From IMG/VR virus record IMGVR_UViG_3300001765_000297: a DNA stretch of 64,000 bases; one strand, written 5' to 3'. The position numbers were made by a program, and so were the translations under genes. Every line of letters starts with the position of its first letter. Position 1 is the stretch's first letter. Under the pieces are notes generated by a model. It was not told where the DNA came from, did not search any database, and saw nothing but the letters and a program-made list of their open reading frames with translations. The DNA is from a virus. Lineage: Duplodnaviria; Heunggongvirae; Uroviricota; Caudoviricetes. Shown in pieces: positions 35,196-44,656 of this stretch.

Positions 35196-35462
35196 TTATG
35201 GTAAATTTTCGAAATATTCCCGGATTAGCTTATTATAGGGTATTATCTTTTTAAGAAAGACTTCAAGATTCTCTGGCTCTTCTTCCCATAGTTCCTCTTC
35301 TTCATCATACCCCCAAGGAGTAATGGTATGCTCCTTCAATGGTTGATATTTGAGTAGGTCTGCGTAGTCCGGTAATCTGCACATCAAGTGTCTACTGAAG
35401 TTTCCCACTTCTTTATCACCCTTTTCTATCCGGAATTCAATTACGTTTGCAGAAGTTGTCAT
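35196..35462 (-). CDS. hypothetical protein
   Basis: ORF. Confidence 0.45.
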   Translation of the reverse strand: MTTSANVIEFRIEKGDKEVGNFSRHLMCRLPDYADLLKYQPLKEHTITPWGYDEEEELWEEEPENLEVFLKKIIPYNKLIREYFENLP

Positions 35463-35659
35463 ATTAGTGTTACTTTAACTATTCTTTGAGTTTCGGCAGT
35501 AATTGGATTAATGGTAATTAACCTTTCAGTCCTGACTTTCTTTTTGTAGTAGCCAGATATTGCTGTAATATCTTTATCTTGCTTATGTGTGTAAAAGCTA
35601 CCACCTATAGGCAGACTATTTAATGCAAGACTTTCAACCGATACTATTTTTCTTCCCAT
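35459..35659 (-). CDS. hypothetical protein
   Basis: ORF. Confidence 0.4.
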   Translation of the reverse strand: MGRKIVSVESLALNSLPIGGSFYTHKQDKDITAISGYYKKKVRTERLITINPITAETQRIVKVTLI

Positions 35660-36038
35660 GATTAAATTTTTTATGATTCATCAACTCAATCCATTTCTCG
35701 GTAGTATAGATATTGCTTAAATCCTTACCACCATCACGAAGCATGTCATTATAGGCATCCTGAGTGAATCTACTTAGTAGTATGAAGTCCTTGGATGGGT
35801 TTTCCTCTGCGATACTGTATAGATGCCTGATGAAGTGTTCTAGCATTGAATTACCTATTGACATACCACCCCAATCGAACATCAGTATTCCATAAGTCTG
35901 CTCAAATGCTTTGGGACTATCAAACACTTGAAGATTGCTGAACTCTATCGCAGCTTGGTCGAAGTCAGGTTTGAAGTATCGTAGCCAATCTTCTTCGCCT
36001 TCGTCACAAAAAACAATTGTTTTAGTTTTTATTATCAT
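35634..36038 (-). CDS. hypothetical protein
   Basis: ORF. Confidence 0.5.
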   Translation of the reverse strand: MIIKTKTIVFCDEGEEDWLRYFKPDFDQAAIEFSNLQVFDSPKAFEQTYGILMFDWGGMSIGNSMLEHFIRHLYSIAEENPSKDFILLSRFTQDAYNDMLRDGGKDLSNIYTTEKWIELMNHKKFNHGKKNSIG

Positions 36039-36208
36039 GATTCTAGTGTTTGTATTGCTTGATATATTTTTCCAATTTCTTTTTCAAGTAATGCCTTATC
36101 TTCATTAGATGCGCTACTACTATATTTTAGAATTGCTTCAAATTCAGTTGCTCTTTTTTGCAAATCGGCAACCATACATGTTTTCATAAATTCAATTCTT
36201 TCTCTCAT
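36035..36208 (-). CDS. small hypothetical protein (trimmed to Met giving ATGA overlap)
   Basis: ORF-track version overlapped upstream gene in another frame. Confidence 0.35.
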   Translation of the reverse strand: MRERIEFMKTCMVADLQKRATEFEAILKYSSSASNEDKALLEKEIGKIYQAIQTLES

Positions 36209-36540
36209 TTTTTTACCGGTGTTACGATTAATCGATATGCTTTGCCCTGACCTACTCGTTCTGCACCACTGATTCCTCCTGGAAAACACATGTCGAGTAA
36301 GAAATGCTTGGGATAAATCATGTGTGAAAACTCATTGTTATCAGCATCTTTCCAACCCCAATAATCAGGAACAGGATTTCTATTATCATCTGCAGGTGGG
36401 TTGGTTTGGTCTTCGGCAATTTCTAGTTCGACCTCAATTATGTCTTCGGGTTTATCACCATAGAGGCAACAAGTTACCTCATGAATACCAAAGTGTCGAT
36501 AATGAGTACCATCTAGAACCGCAGTCATTATTTGTTTCAT
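36205..36540 (-). CDS. hypothetical protein
   Basis: ORF. Confidence 0.5.
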   Translation of the reverse strand: MKQIMTAVLDGTHYRHFGIHEVTCCLYGDKPEDIIEVELEIAEDQTNPPADDNRNPVPDYWGWKDADNNEFSHMIYPKHFLLDMCFPGGISGAERVGQGKAYRLIVTPVKK

Positions 36541-36542
36541 AA

Positions 36543-37073
36543 TTATTCTTTTAATTTTTCCAATTTCAATTGCAGAGATAGTATCTGTCTTTCGATTTCC
36601 AGTATTTCTCTATCTTTATCCAAGTTATTGGTTTCCGGTACTTCGGTAACAACGGGTGATGTTGGTTCGGGACTTAGTTTAGGAATATAGACTAGGTTAT
36701 CTCTATCGACTTTAAAGAAACGGTCTTTACGAATAAAGTTAAAGTGTAGATTATCTCCAATTTGTTTATTATACCATAGTTCATCGGTAATATAAAAATC
36801 GCTGTTAGCACACCCACAATCTTTTCCAGAACTTATAATTTCGCCAACATATACGCTATCATAAGGACTTTTAACCCTATGGAGTTTCCATACTCTAATA
36901 TTAATGGATTCGTTACTGTTGTTATCATAGCTAACTTCTTCTTTTCTGTCAACTAGTGTAAAATCTTCATCGAGAAAATAAACCTTTTCTTTTTCTGTGC
37001 GAACCTGCTCGTCAGTTTGAACACTACAAGCATACAACAATCCTATAAGGAGGAATAAAATAATTTTTTTCAT
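36543..37073 (-). CDS. lipoprotein with C-terminal coiled coil
   Basis: MKKIILFLLIGLLYAC signal + lipobox. Confidence 0.55.
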   Translation of the reverse strand: MKKIILFLLIGLLYACSVQTDEQVRTEKEKVYFLDEDFTLVDRKEEVSYDNNSNESINIRVWKLHRVKSPYDSVYVGEIISSGKDCGCANSDFYITDELWYNKQIGDNLHFNFIRKDRFFKVDRDNLVYIPKLSPEPTSPVVTEVPETNNLDKDREILEIERQILSLQLKLEKLKE

Positions 37074-37104
37074 AGCTTTATTTATTTATTATTTAATAAT
37101 ATTA

Positions 37105-37347
37105 TCACCAATAACTTAGTCCTAGTACTTGTCTTCTAGCTAATTCACTGTCTTCGGGGTCTGATTTCAATTTCAAGCTAATGCTTTCACCCTGACAAAT
37201 ACAGTCCGGATTACCATCATTACCAATGCAGAAAAAAATAAACCCAGCAGAAACGGGTTCAAATTTTTTAAAATCTGAGTGCTGAAAATATTCGGAAAAT
37301 ACAATGATTTGCTTATCCTTAGTTTTAACGTATTTTACTTTTGACAT
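37105..37347 (-). CDS. hypothetical protein
   Basis: ORF. Confidence 0.4.
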   Translation of the reverse strand: MSKVKYVKTKDKQIIVFSEYFQHSDFKKFEPVSAGFIFFCIGNDGNPDCICQGESISLKLKSDPEDSELARRQVLGLSYW

Positions 37348-37364
37348 ATATATTGTTTTAGAGT

Positions 37365-37553
37365 TTATAATTCAAATTTTTCACAAGTATCATCGGCATT
37401 AACTTCATCTGCAAACTTAGGTGAGTTAATATTGGAGCATTCTCTTTCATGAAAGGGAAAACTGTGAAATGGGAAACCTAAGATAGATAAACCCATAATA
37501 GAATTATATAGGTTATTATCATTACAATGCCTACAATTGCTGCATATTTTCAT
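37365..37553 (-). CDS. small Cys-rich protein
   Basis: ORF. Confidence 0.35.
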   Translation of the reverse strand: MKICSNCRHCNDNNLYNSIMGLSILGFPFHSFPFHERECSNINSPKFADEVNADDTCEKFEL

Positions 37554-37834
37554 AATATTTCAATTACTTTACCATATACTTGTTTAGTCCAACCATTAAT
37601 TCCACCCTTGTTGTTTCCAATAAGCAAACCTCTAACACCCTTTCCTTTAACCAAGTGTGTATAATAATGCCCTTTAACTTTACAGAAAACAATATCATCA
37701 ACATTACAATCTTTCAATTCGACAGGTGCAAGTTTATGGTCTTGCCCCGATTTAATTATCGGTGTCATGGAGTTTCCTTTCTCACTCGTGATAAAGGTTT
37801 CCTTATTTTTTAATTTTTCTTCTTTCCAGTTCAT
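37550..37834 (-). CDS. S24 (LexA/UmuD-like) peptidase-domain protein, possible
   Basis: GNSMTPIIKSG resembles GDSMxP Ser-protease motif; downstream Lys in VKGKG. Confidence 0.35.
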   Translation of the reverse strand: MNWKEEKLKNKETFITSEKGNSMTPIIKSGQDHKLAPVELKDCNVDDIVFCKVKGHYYTHLVKGKGVRGLLIGNNKGGINGWTKQVYGKVIEIL

Positions 37835-38004
37835 CTTAAATCAGACCTACATTCAGGACATATAGGCGTATCAGCGAAATCGCCTTTGCTATACCATTTA
37901 TCACAACTAGTGCAATGAAAGTTATTCATAACAAAATGAATATCCCAAGCAATTGCGTGTGCACGTGCTTTATCTCTTTCTACTTCTATTAATTCGTCTT
38001 CCAT
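37831..38004 (-). CDS. small zinc-ribbon protein (57 aa; CTSC..CPEC)
   Basis: TAATG/ATGA overlaps with both neighbours; fills ORF-free gap. Confidence 0.3.
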   Translation of the reverse strand: MEDELIEVERDKARAHAIAWDIHFVMNNFHCTSCDKWYSKGDFADTPICPECRSDLR

Positions 38005-38618
38005 TATACTGGATTTTTATTTTCTTCAACAGTCTCCACCACCTTACACCTACGGCATTCAACAATGCTATCATCTTCAACGAAAGTATATGCAGGTATT
38101 TCAAGAAATGGATGTATTGTTAATCCCTTAACAGTATTGATTTTCTCTCCGGATTGGAATGGTTTACCATTTTCTTCTTCACGAGAAATGCTACACTTAG
38201 CTACCTTCTTTCCGATATTCGGAATGAATTCTTTATAGGTTTGGTAGTTTGCATAGTGCAAGCTAAGTATGAAGTAGGGTATTTCGGAAATCTGAATGAA
38301 GTTCCAGAATAGCATATCAAGGTGTCCACCGATGCTTTCATAATCAGTAGTTCTCTTACCTGCTTCATTCCTACCATAGACGTGCTTGTAATGGTCACTG
38401 TAAAAATCACATTGACGCATGGATTTATGGAAGTAATAGAAGCATTCGTCAAATGTATCAAAATTATCGATGAAATACGATTCGAATCTATTGTTAAAAT
38501 CGTGTTCACCCAACAGTTCAAGGAAATGCTTAAACATATTTGAGTGTGCGCCTTGTTCAATTGAGGCAGAACTTTCTTTACCTTTAATTATTTTGAGTAC
38601 TTCTTCGTAGTGGTTCAT
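38004..38618 (-). CDS. hypothetical protein (204 aa)
   Basis: ORF. Confidence 0.55.
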   Translation of the reverse strand: MNHYEEVLKIIKGKESSASIEQGAHSNMFKHFLELLGEHDFNNRFESYFIDNFDTFDECFYYFHKSMRQCDFYSDHYKHVYGRNEAGKRTTDYESIGGHLDMLFWNFIQISEIPYFILSLHYANYQTYKEFIPNIGKKVAKCSISREEENGKPFQSGEKINTVKGLTIHPFLEIPAYTFVEDDSIVECRRCKVVETVEENKNPV

Positions 38619-38634
38619 ATCTTTATTTTTTTTG

Positions 38635-39048
38635 TTAATCCATTTCAGATATTTCTTCTGCAGTGACTTCAGTACAATTTATTGACTCACGGGCATCACC
38701 GAGAATGATGTGAATAAATGGCGTGTTAAGTCTTGGTTTTAAACCCCTAACAATCGTATTGCCATATTCATCAAGATGCTTCCAAACCGGAACATTAAAC
38801 TTATTATATTCTCCCCAATCTGAAAGATTATTGAAAATATATGGTTGCATATCTTTATATTCACCAAGTCGATTAAATCCTTTTGGTAGTCCCAAAAATA
38901 TTTTACCAATGTTTGATACCATCGTACCTGAAAAATGTTTACCACAGCCTAAACCTGTTTCGTTGGGTTCAAAACATTTAGTATTATGACCCGATATACA
39001 ACCACTGCATTGATATCTTTCAATTGCTTTTTTGAGTTTTGCTTCCAT
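38635..39048 (-). CDS. hypothetical Cys-rich protein
   Basis: ORF. Confidence 0.5.
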   Translation of the reverse strand: MEAKLKKAIERYQCSGCISGHNTKCFEPNETGLGCGKHFSGTMVSNIGKIFLGLPKGFNRLGEYKDMQPYIFNNLSDWGEYNKFNVPVWKHLDEYGNTIVRGLKPRLNTPFIHIILGDARESINCTEVTAEEISEMD

Positions 39049-39059
39049 GATATTTTTTA

Positions 39060-39230
39060 TTAATAATTTGTGTCAATCCATTTACCAATTGCTAAGAGTA
39101 TTGCAGCACCCCTGACATTCGCCTGATGTTCGAGCAGGTCGAAACTAAACTTACTGTCCCTGATAAGGTATCTCAATGTTGGGTCGCTATCAACTATGCA
39201 GTCAAAAGGTATTTTGTTATCGTATTCCAT
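39060..39230 (-). CDS. small hypothetical protein (56 aa)
   Basis: first ORF after promoter 39247-39276. Confidence 0.3.
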   Translation of the reverse strand: MEYDNKIPFDCIVDSDPTLRYLIRDSKFSFDLLEHQANVRGAAILLAIGKWIDTNY

Positions 39231-39246
39231 ATGTAGAATTTCTAGG

Positions 39247-39276
39247 TTATACGGAAACCAAATGCGTAATGTTACA
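39247..39276 (-). promoter_or_regulatory. phage promoter (minus) TTATACG-N17-GTTACA
   Basis: motif. Confidence 0.5.
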
Positions 39277-39300
39277 AAATTATGAAAAATTAGTAAAAAA

Positions 39301-39678
39301 TTAGAAACTCATACTTAACATCCAATAGTATTTGAATGCATCAACTGCAGCTTCACGAGTTAAGTACACGTGATGCCAACCTTCGGCACTACCGAAGTGC
39401 GAGTGTTCAAATGACGGTATGTCGTTCTTATGACGAAATCCAATACCGGTTAATTCGCCTTCATAGAGAAATTCTTTACATAAATAGCTTTCCTGATAAC
39501 AAACTACCCAACCATTCTGCCACCATTTTATCATATAGCTTTCACCATTATTTTGAAATAGCCAGTATTCGGTTGCACTATCTTTATTACCAAAACAATC
39601 GTTTTGAATAAAGTTATCATTACCAAAATATCCTAATATTGGTACGGGTGCTGTTTTAAGTGTGAGCATATCTAACAT
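39301..39678 (-). CDS. hypothetical protein
   Basis: ORF. Confidence 0.5.
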   Translation of the reverse strand: MLDMLTLKTAPVPILGYFGNDNFIQNDCFGNKDSATEYWLFQNNGESYMIKWWQNGWVVCYQESYLCKEFLYEGELTGIGFRHKNDIPSFEHSHFGSAEGWHHVYLTREAAVDAFKYYWMLSMSF

Positions 39679-39680
39679 AA

Positions 39681-40139
39681 TTATTTTGCGTAAATTTCTA
39701 CTGCTCTTTTCGCAGTATATTTGTTATATCCATTCGAACTGCAATGGTATAAGAATCGAATTCTACGTGGCAGGTCCCTACCATCGATAATTTTTTGTAG
39801 TGCTTCGATTGTCTGAGGATGTTGTGGTGCTAACTTAGTTTGCTGACATGCCATTTTTATCATGCGGTGATACCACTTAGTTAATGCGTCACGTTTGGCT
39901 TTCTCACCTTCTTTTTGAGCCTCTGAAAGCATCTTTCTGTACTTCTTATCTTGACGTATTTCTTCCTCTGAGAGTCCGGTAGAAGCCATTATTTTGCGTA
40001 ATTCCTGTGCTTCATCCTTGTTAGGATAATGCTTGGTAGGGTCTGCAAGAATTTTCTTAGTTTTTCTACTATTGATTGATGGTTGTGGATTATAATATTC
40101 GATACCATCATCCATAAATTTTTCGGTATAGATACTCAT
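39681..40139 (-). CDS. hypothetical basic protein
   Basis: ORF with promoter 40169-40198. Confidence 0.5.
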   Translation of the reverse strand: MSIYTEKFMDDGIEYYNPQPSINSRKTKKILADPTKHYPNKDEAQELRKIMASTGLSEEEIRQDKKYRKMLSEAQKEGEKAKRDALTKWYHRMIKMACQQTKLAPQHPQTIEALQKIIDGRDLPRRIRFLYHCSSNGYNKYTAKRAVEIYAK

Positions 40140-40168
40140 AATGATTCTATTTTAATTATTACAAGCAA

Positions 40169-40198
40169 ATATACGTAATGTATTTAAATATTGTTACA
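40169..40198 (-). promoter_or_regulatory. phage promoter (minus) ATATACG-N17-GTTACA
   Basis: motif. Confidence 0.45.
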
Positions 40199-41077
40199 AA
40201 AAAAATGAATAATTTTCAGTATTTATATGAAAATCTGTGTATGAAATCGAATAATACCAAACAAATGCTTTTCGAAATGATGAGCAAAATCGATAAAACA
40301 TTTAGGTATCAAATAAATGAATCTGAGAGTAATATATTACCTATTGTCTTTATAAAAAGGGGAAAGATAAAAGTTGGAATGGATAAAGTAATGGGTGAAA
40401 GAGAATATGTGAAACCAAACATTAGCATTGAAAATTCTATTATCGATTCAAAATCAATAGACAGTAAAAACTTTACGTATAGATGGAGAGTGACTTTTAT
40501 CGATACCGATAATAATGAATTAAAATATAGCGACTATATTAGGATGGTTGGTAATGGTAATTATGTTGCTAACATAAGCTATAATTCAAAACAAAAAAGT
40601 AGTTTTAATAAACTGAAACTTAGGGATATATCGGTAGATATTATAACTTTCAATAAAGGGGATGAAAAAAATCCGGTAGATGTAACCAATATTAATACAT
40701 ATCAATTTAATAATCATGATGATAGTGGTTATATAAAATTAGATGATAATGTTTCTAGGGTTTATAAAAATAATGTGAGCAAAACGGATGATGATGCTTC
40801 ATATAATAGGGGGGATAAGAAAGTTTTTAGGAGGGGTGGTAAAGATTTAAATAAAATTGATGATAATTATTTTAATGATTGGGAAAAGAAATTTATTCAG
40901 GTTGGTAAATATAAAGGGAAATCATATGGTGAGATAATGAATACTGATAAGCAATATTTTGGCTGGTATTTGCAAAACGTTACTTATTATGAAATGTCAT
41001 CAGAAACCAAATATGATATTCCCACAAAATTTAATTATAACCTATACGAATACTTAAAAAGTAAAGGACTTTTTTAA
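40178..41077 (+). CDS. N/K-rich low-complexity protein with C-terminal ExoX-C/DUF3820-like motif (alt start 40205)
   Basis: only plus-strand gene inside minus block; FIQVGKYKGKSYGEIMNTDKQYFGWYLQN resembles FGKHKGKTLxEV..YLxWL. Confidence 0.45.
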   Translation: MYLNIVTKKMNNFQYLYENLCMKSNNTKQMLFEMMSKIDKTFRYQINESESNILPIVFIKRGKIKVGMDKVMGEREYVKPNISIENSIIDSKSIDSKNFTYRWRVTFIDTDNNELKYSDYIRMVGNGNYVANISYNSKQKSSFNKLKLRDISVDIITFNKGDEKNPVDVTNINTYQFNNHDDSGYIKLDDNVSRVYKNNVSKTDDDASYNRGDKKVFRRGGKDLNKIDDNYFNDWEKKFIQVGKYKGKSYGEIMNTDKQYFGWYLQNVTYYEMSSETKYDIPTKFNYNLYEYLKSKGLF

Positions 41078-43569
41078 AGAGCACTAATCTTATTGAAGAT
41101 TTTCGTCTGAGGATTAACCTGTTTAATTCCCTTCATGATTGGTTCGTAAACTTCCTCATACATATATTTTACTTCCTCTTCTTTTTCAATTCCAATTCTT
41201 ACTTTAAAGTCTTCCTTTTCCGGTTTAAAGAAAGCATTGTAACTAACGCTATATGAATAGTTCTTATTTGTCCAAGGACTTTTGAATCTTAAATCTTCGA
41301 CCTCAATATAAATATAAATATAGCCACCGGAATAACTATCGGCTTTAATGTTATTGCTTATTCTTACTTCAGAAATTCTGTATTCATTTCCACCCTGTCC
41401 TACCATCCATTGTAAATCCGCTTCATCTATTTCAGGTTTTTGTGGAACACTAGCTGCATTATCTTTAACAGTAGCATTACGTGGATATGGTTTTTTATCA
41501 TGCGAAGTATTATTAAAACGTATGATTAGATTAAGCAAATCCAATTCTTTTTGTGTTAGTATTGCTTCATTTGGTGGAACAGGTCTATCTAGATACTGTG
41601 TTAAATATATGCTATCGTCTTTTCCCAAATATTTATAGTATTTAAATTCCGGTGAACTTCCGGTATAATATTCAAACTCACCTTCGTCATCAAGATAAAT
41701 TCTAAATGTTTTCCACTCACCATCCTCCGACATTCCTGGCAAGATAATACTATTTATAGTACTTCCTAAGAAAGGTCTGCCGATAAATTTTTGATATGTA
41801 GTATCGTATTTATTTTTCTTTCTATCATCAAGTATTTGTTGAGCCATGCCAATTTTATTCATCAATAAATCTTCTTTTGCTTGGTTATTTTCCCATCGCA
41901 TAACTCTTTTATATTCTTCATAAATTTCGTCCTTTTTGGCTTCAAGTTGTTTATCATCTAAAGCATTAAGTTCTGCAAATTCATTTGGGAATTTTTTCTC
42001 ATAATAGTCAGTACCCTCATTCAAATTATTTATGCCATTATTATTACTATTATCACCTTTAATTAGACTAGCTAATTCTTGACTAGCATTCATATCAACA
42101 ACAATATTTGAAATATTTAGGTCTTTAGTATATGGTAGTATCTGTAATTTCTTTTCAGGATGTAAGTAAAATTCTTTACTTCTAAAGTTTCTTAACCAAT
42201 CACGTTGTTCGCCATCACAATCAATATAGATATTATTTGGGGTTTTAACTCCGAAGTGTTCGACCTGACCATCGGTGCTATTATATATTACAAAAACTGG
42301 ATAACCGTGAACAATATTTAATGCATAGGCAAGAATTGCACATCCACCTGCACACCAAGTGTTACCATTGGCATCAGAACTATCGAGAATTGCATATGCC
42401 GCATCGGAGTTAAGTATTTGTTTTAAAGAATTATCAGATTTTCCCTCATTTAATTCATTCTTGGGTTTTTTTATGCTCTTAGTATTGAAAACTATGAAAT
42501 CATTATATTCATTGCCATGCGGTAGTATGACTCCATCATAACCCATGCCCCTAAGTTGACCTAAGCCATACTTTTCATATTCATCCCAACCTGCAGGATT
42601 ATTTAAGACAATATCCCTAGTCATGATATACTTATTACCATTACCACCATGCTCACCTGACTTAATGCTATCAATGCTATCGGTGAACCAAATAATTCCT
42701 TGTGTGGCTTTCTTTAAATCAAAGTTATTGAATTCCTGGTTTGTGCCATGATAAACACGGTACGTAGTTTCGTTAAGAACATCTTCATTAATAAAATTAG
42801 CGGTTCGCTTATCATATTTACTTCCAATTAAACTTTGTAAGTCTTCACGTGCAGTGTTTAAATCATATTCTCCATTTAAAATGTCAACCAAATATGATTT
42901 ACTGTATTGCCAACAATTATCTAAATCTTCCTCAGTAAAATTATATTCAGTGTTTTCGTTGAGTCTTTTTAAAATATTCTTTTTCACAACATTTTCATCG
43001 GTATATTCCGGATATGGGTCATAACCATTTTTAATTATAAAAATAATATCTGGATTGTATTCCATAGAATATCCACTTGGAAGATTCTTCTTTATATATT
43101 CATTATATAATTTGGCTCTTCTTTCATCATCCTCATAATCTTCATCAGCTTTAACTGGTTCGATAAGTACCATATCGGGATTTTGTCTCTGTGTAAAATC
43201 TTGAAGTATTGCAACAACAGTAGCCATTACTTTAAACATTCTACCTTTATTTATTGCGTCATCAATATCACGACCATCAACATGAAATCCGGCATGCCAT
43301 TCATTATGGTCAGCATTTTCAACATCAACTTTTTCATTTTTATCCATTTCTACCCTATAATCATCATTATCTTCGGTAAAGAATTGGTAAATATAAAATG
43401 GGGTAGCTTGTAATAATTTAAATGGATACTGCTTTTGATTAGCTTCTCCAATTTCGTTAAGATTTGGTTTGGGAGTTCTTATACCTAAGAACTTATCGAA
43501 TTTTTCATCGGTTTCTCGGATTAATTCTTTTAATCCCTGTTCGATTTCATTTAAGATTTTCGTACTCAT
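41074..43569 (-). CDS. large multidomain (polyvalent-type) protein with H-Y-E ADP-ribosyltransferase-like signature
   Basis: 831 aa; YHGT (H), GYDGVIL (Y), GNEYNDFIVF (E; cf. PARP YNEYIVY). Confidence 0.6.
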   Translation of the reverse strand: MSTKILNEIEQGLKELIRETDEKFDKFLGIRTPKPNLNEIGEANQKQYPFKLLQATPFYIYQFFTEDNDDYRVEMDKNEKVDVENADHNEWHAGFHVDGRDIDDAINKGRMFKVMATVVAILQDFTQRQNPDMVLIEPVKADEDYEDDERRAKLYNEYIKKNLPSGYSMEYNPDIIFIIKNGYDPYPEYTDENVVKKNILKRLNENTEYNFTEEDLDNCWQYSKSYLVDILNGEYDLNTAREDLQSLIGSKYDKRTANFINEDVLNETTYRVYHGTNQEFNNFDLKKATQGIIWFTDSIDSIKSGEHGGNGNKYIMTRDIVLNNPAGWDEYEKYGLGQLRGMGYDGVILPHGNEYNDFIVFNTKSIKKPKNELNEGKSDNSLKQILNSDAAYAILDSSDANGNTWCAGGCAILAYALNIVHGYPVFVIYNSTDGQVEHFGVKTPNNIYIDCDGEQRDWLRNFRSKEFYLHPEKKLQILPYTKDLNISNIVVDMNASQELASLIKGDNSNNNGINNLNEGTDYYEKKFPNEFAELNALDDKQLEAKKDEIYEEYKRVMRWENNQAKEDLLMNKIGMAQQILDDRKKNKYDTTYQKFIGRPFLGSTINSIILPGMSEDGEWKTFRIYLDDEGEFEYYTGSSPEFKYYKYLGKDDSIYLTQYLDRPVPPNEAILTQKELDLLNLIIRFNNTSHDKKPYPRNATVKDNAASVPQKPEIDEADLQWMVGQGGNEYRISEVRISNNIKADSYSGGYIYIYIEVEDLRFKSPWTNKNYSYSVSYNAFFKPEKEDFKVRIGIEKEEEVKYMYEEVYEPIMKGIKQVNPQTKIFNKISAL

Positions 43570-43728
43570 GAAGATATTTTATCATAAATACTTATTTATG
43601 CATATATTTCATTTATGTAGTCAATAATTTCATCTACATCAGCTACATCGAGATTTAAATGCATGGCAATATTATTCAAAGGTAGACCTTCGAGATATAG
43701 TCTATATACCTTTTTCTGTATAGATTTT

Positions 43729-43974
43729 TTAAAAAACATCACTTGGAGGAAACAAATTTACATCCTCTCTTAATAAAAAATCAGTTAATTCGACTGAAGG
43801 AAAGAAATCATCGGTTGATATCATAACGTCTCTCAATATAGAAATATTAATTTCTTTATCAATTTGTTCTTGAAGATAAGTATTATAATCTTCTTCTTCC
43901 TGACGTTTACGTTCCGCTTCGAGTGCGAATGCTTCCATTTCTTGTTGTTCTTCTTCGCTGTAATAGTGTTCCAT
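43729..43974 (-). CDS. hypothetical acidic protein
   Basis: ORF. Confidence 0.45.
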   Translation of the reverse strand: MEHYYSEEEQQEMEAFALEAERKRQEEEDYNTYLQEQIDKEINISILRDVMISTDDFFPSVELTDFLLREDVNLFPPSDVF

Positions 43975-43980
43975 AGTAGT

Positions 43981-44202
43981 TTAATTAAAACCGTTAATAA
44001 ATTTTCTCATTGCTTCGACATCACCTAGTTGTCCACCAAATAACATCATTATACCCAATTCAATTGCTGAATGGTTGCGTGTATCATCATGCTTATTCAT
44101 ATCACTTCCAAATGAAGCATATGCTCCGGCAACATCACCGCTATTATCGAGTATCTCGATTGCACGGTCTTTGCACCACTGTAAATGTTCTGCTCTTGTC
44201 AT
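43981..44202 (-). CDS. hypothetical protein (trimmed; ORF-track N-term overlapped lipoprotein gene)
   Basis: Met at 44202 gives 4-nt gap to upstream stop. Confidence 0.4.
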   Translation of the reverse strand: MTRAEHLQWCKDRAIEILDNSGDVAGAYASFGSDMNKHDDTRNHSAIELGIMMLFGGQLGDVEAMRKFINGFN

Positions 44203-44206
44203 AAAT

Positions 44207-44656
44207 TTATTTATTATGATAAATGGTTTTAAATGTAAAGAAGCTATCGTATGATTCTTTGCTGATTTGCAACATATAATTGAAATATACCTTTCCCTTA
44301 ACTTCTGTAGGCATGGCTTCCATAGCTTCCATAAAATCAAAATACGGTACATCAAGTTTAATTGCCCAATGCCAGTCACCGAGATAGTCAGTACCATCAA
44401 GACTGACTTCATCGAACCCAATATACCAATAAGTAGGTACTGTTGTTAATTGGGTATATGTTGTTGCAGGTTCATAATATGGTACGGGTGCAGGTGCTAC
44501 GGGTGCAGCAACAGGCGTATCGGTTACAGTTGCTACGGGTTCTTCAACCTTAACATCTTTCCTTTCTCTCGCAGCTTTCTTTTCTCTCTGACTTATACTT
44601 TGCTCACAAGAAGTAAACATTAATGCAATGGCAATAAATAAAATTAGCTTTTTCAT
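44207..44656 (-). CDS. lipoprotein
   Basis: MKKLILFIAIALMFTSC lipobox. Confidence 0.55.
   Translation of the reverse strand: MKKLILFIAIALMFTSCEQSISQREKKAARERKDVKVEEPVATVTDTPVAAPVAPAPVPYYEPATTYTQLTTVPTYWYIGFDEVSLDGTDYLGDWHWAIKLDVPYFDFMEAMEAMPTEVKGKVYFNYMLQISKESYDSFFTFKTIYHNK

Noticed and set aside
44203-44421. N-terminal 73 aa of ORF 43981..44421
   Set aside because: Overlaps the 3' half of lipoprotein gene 44207..44656 in another frame. The internal Met at 44202 gives a clean 4-nt intergenic gap.
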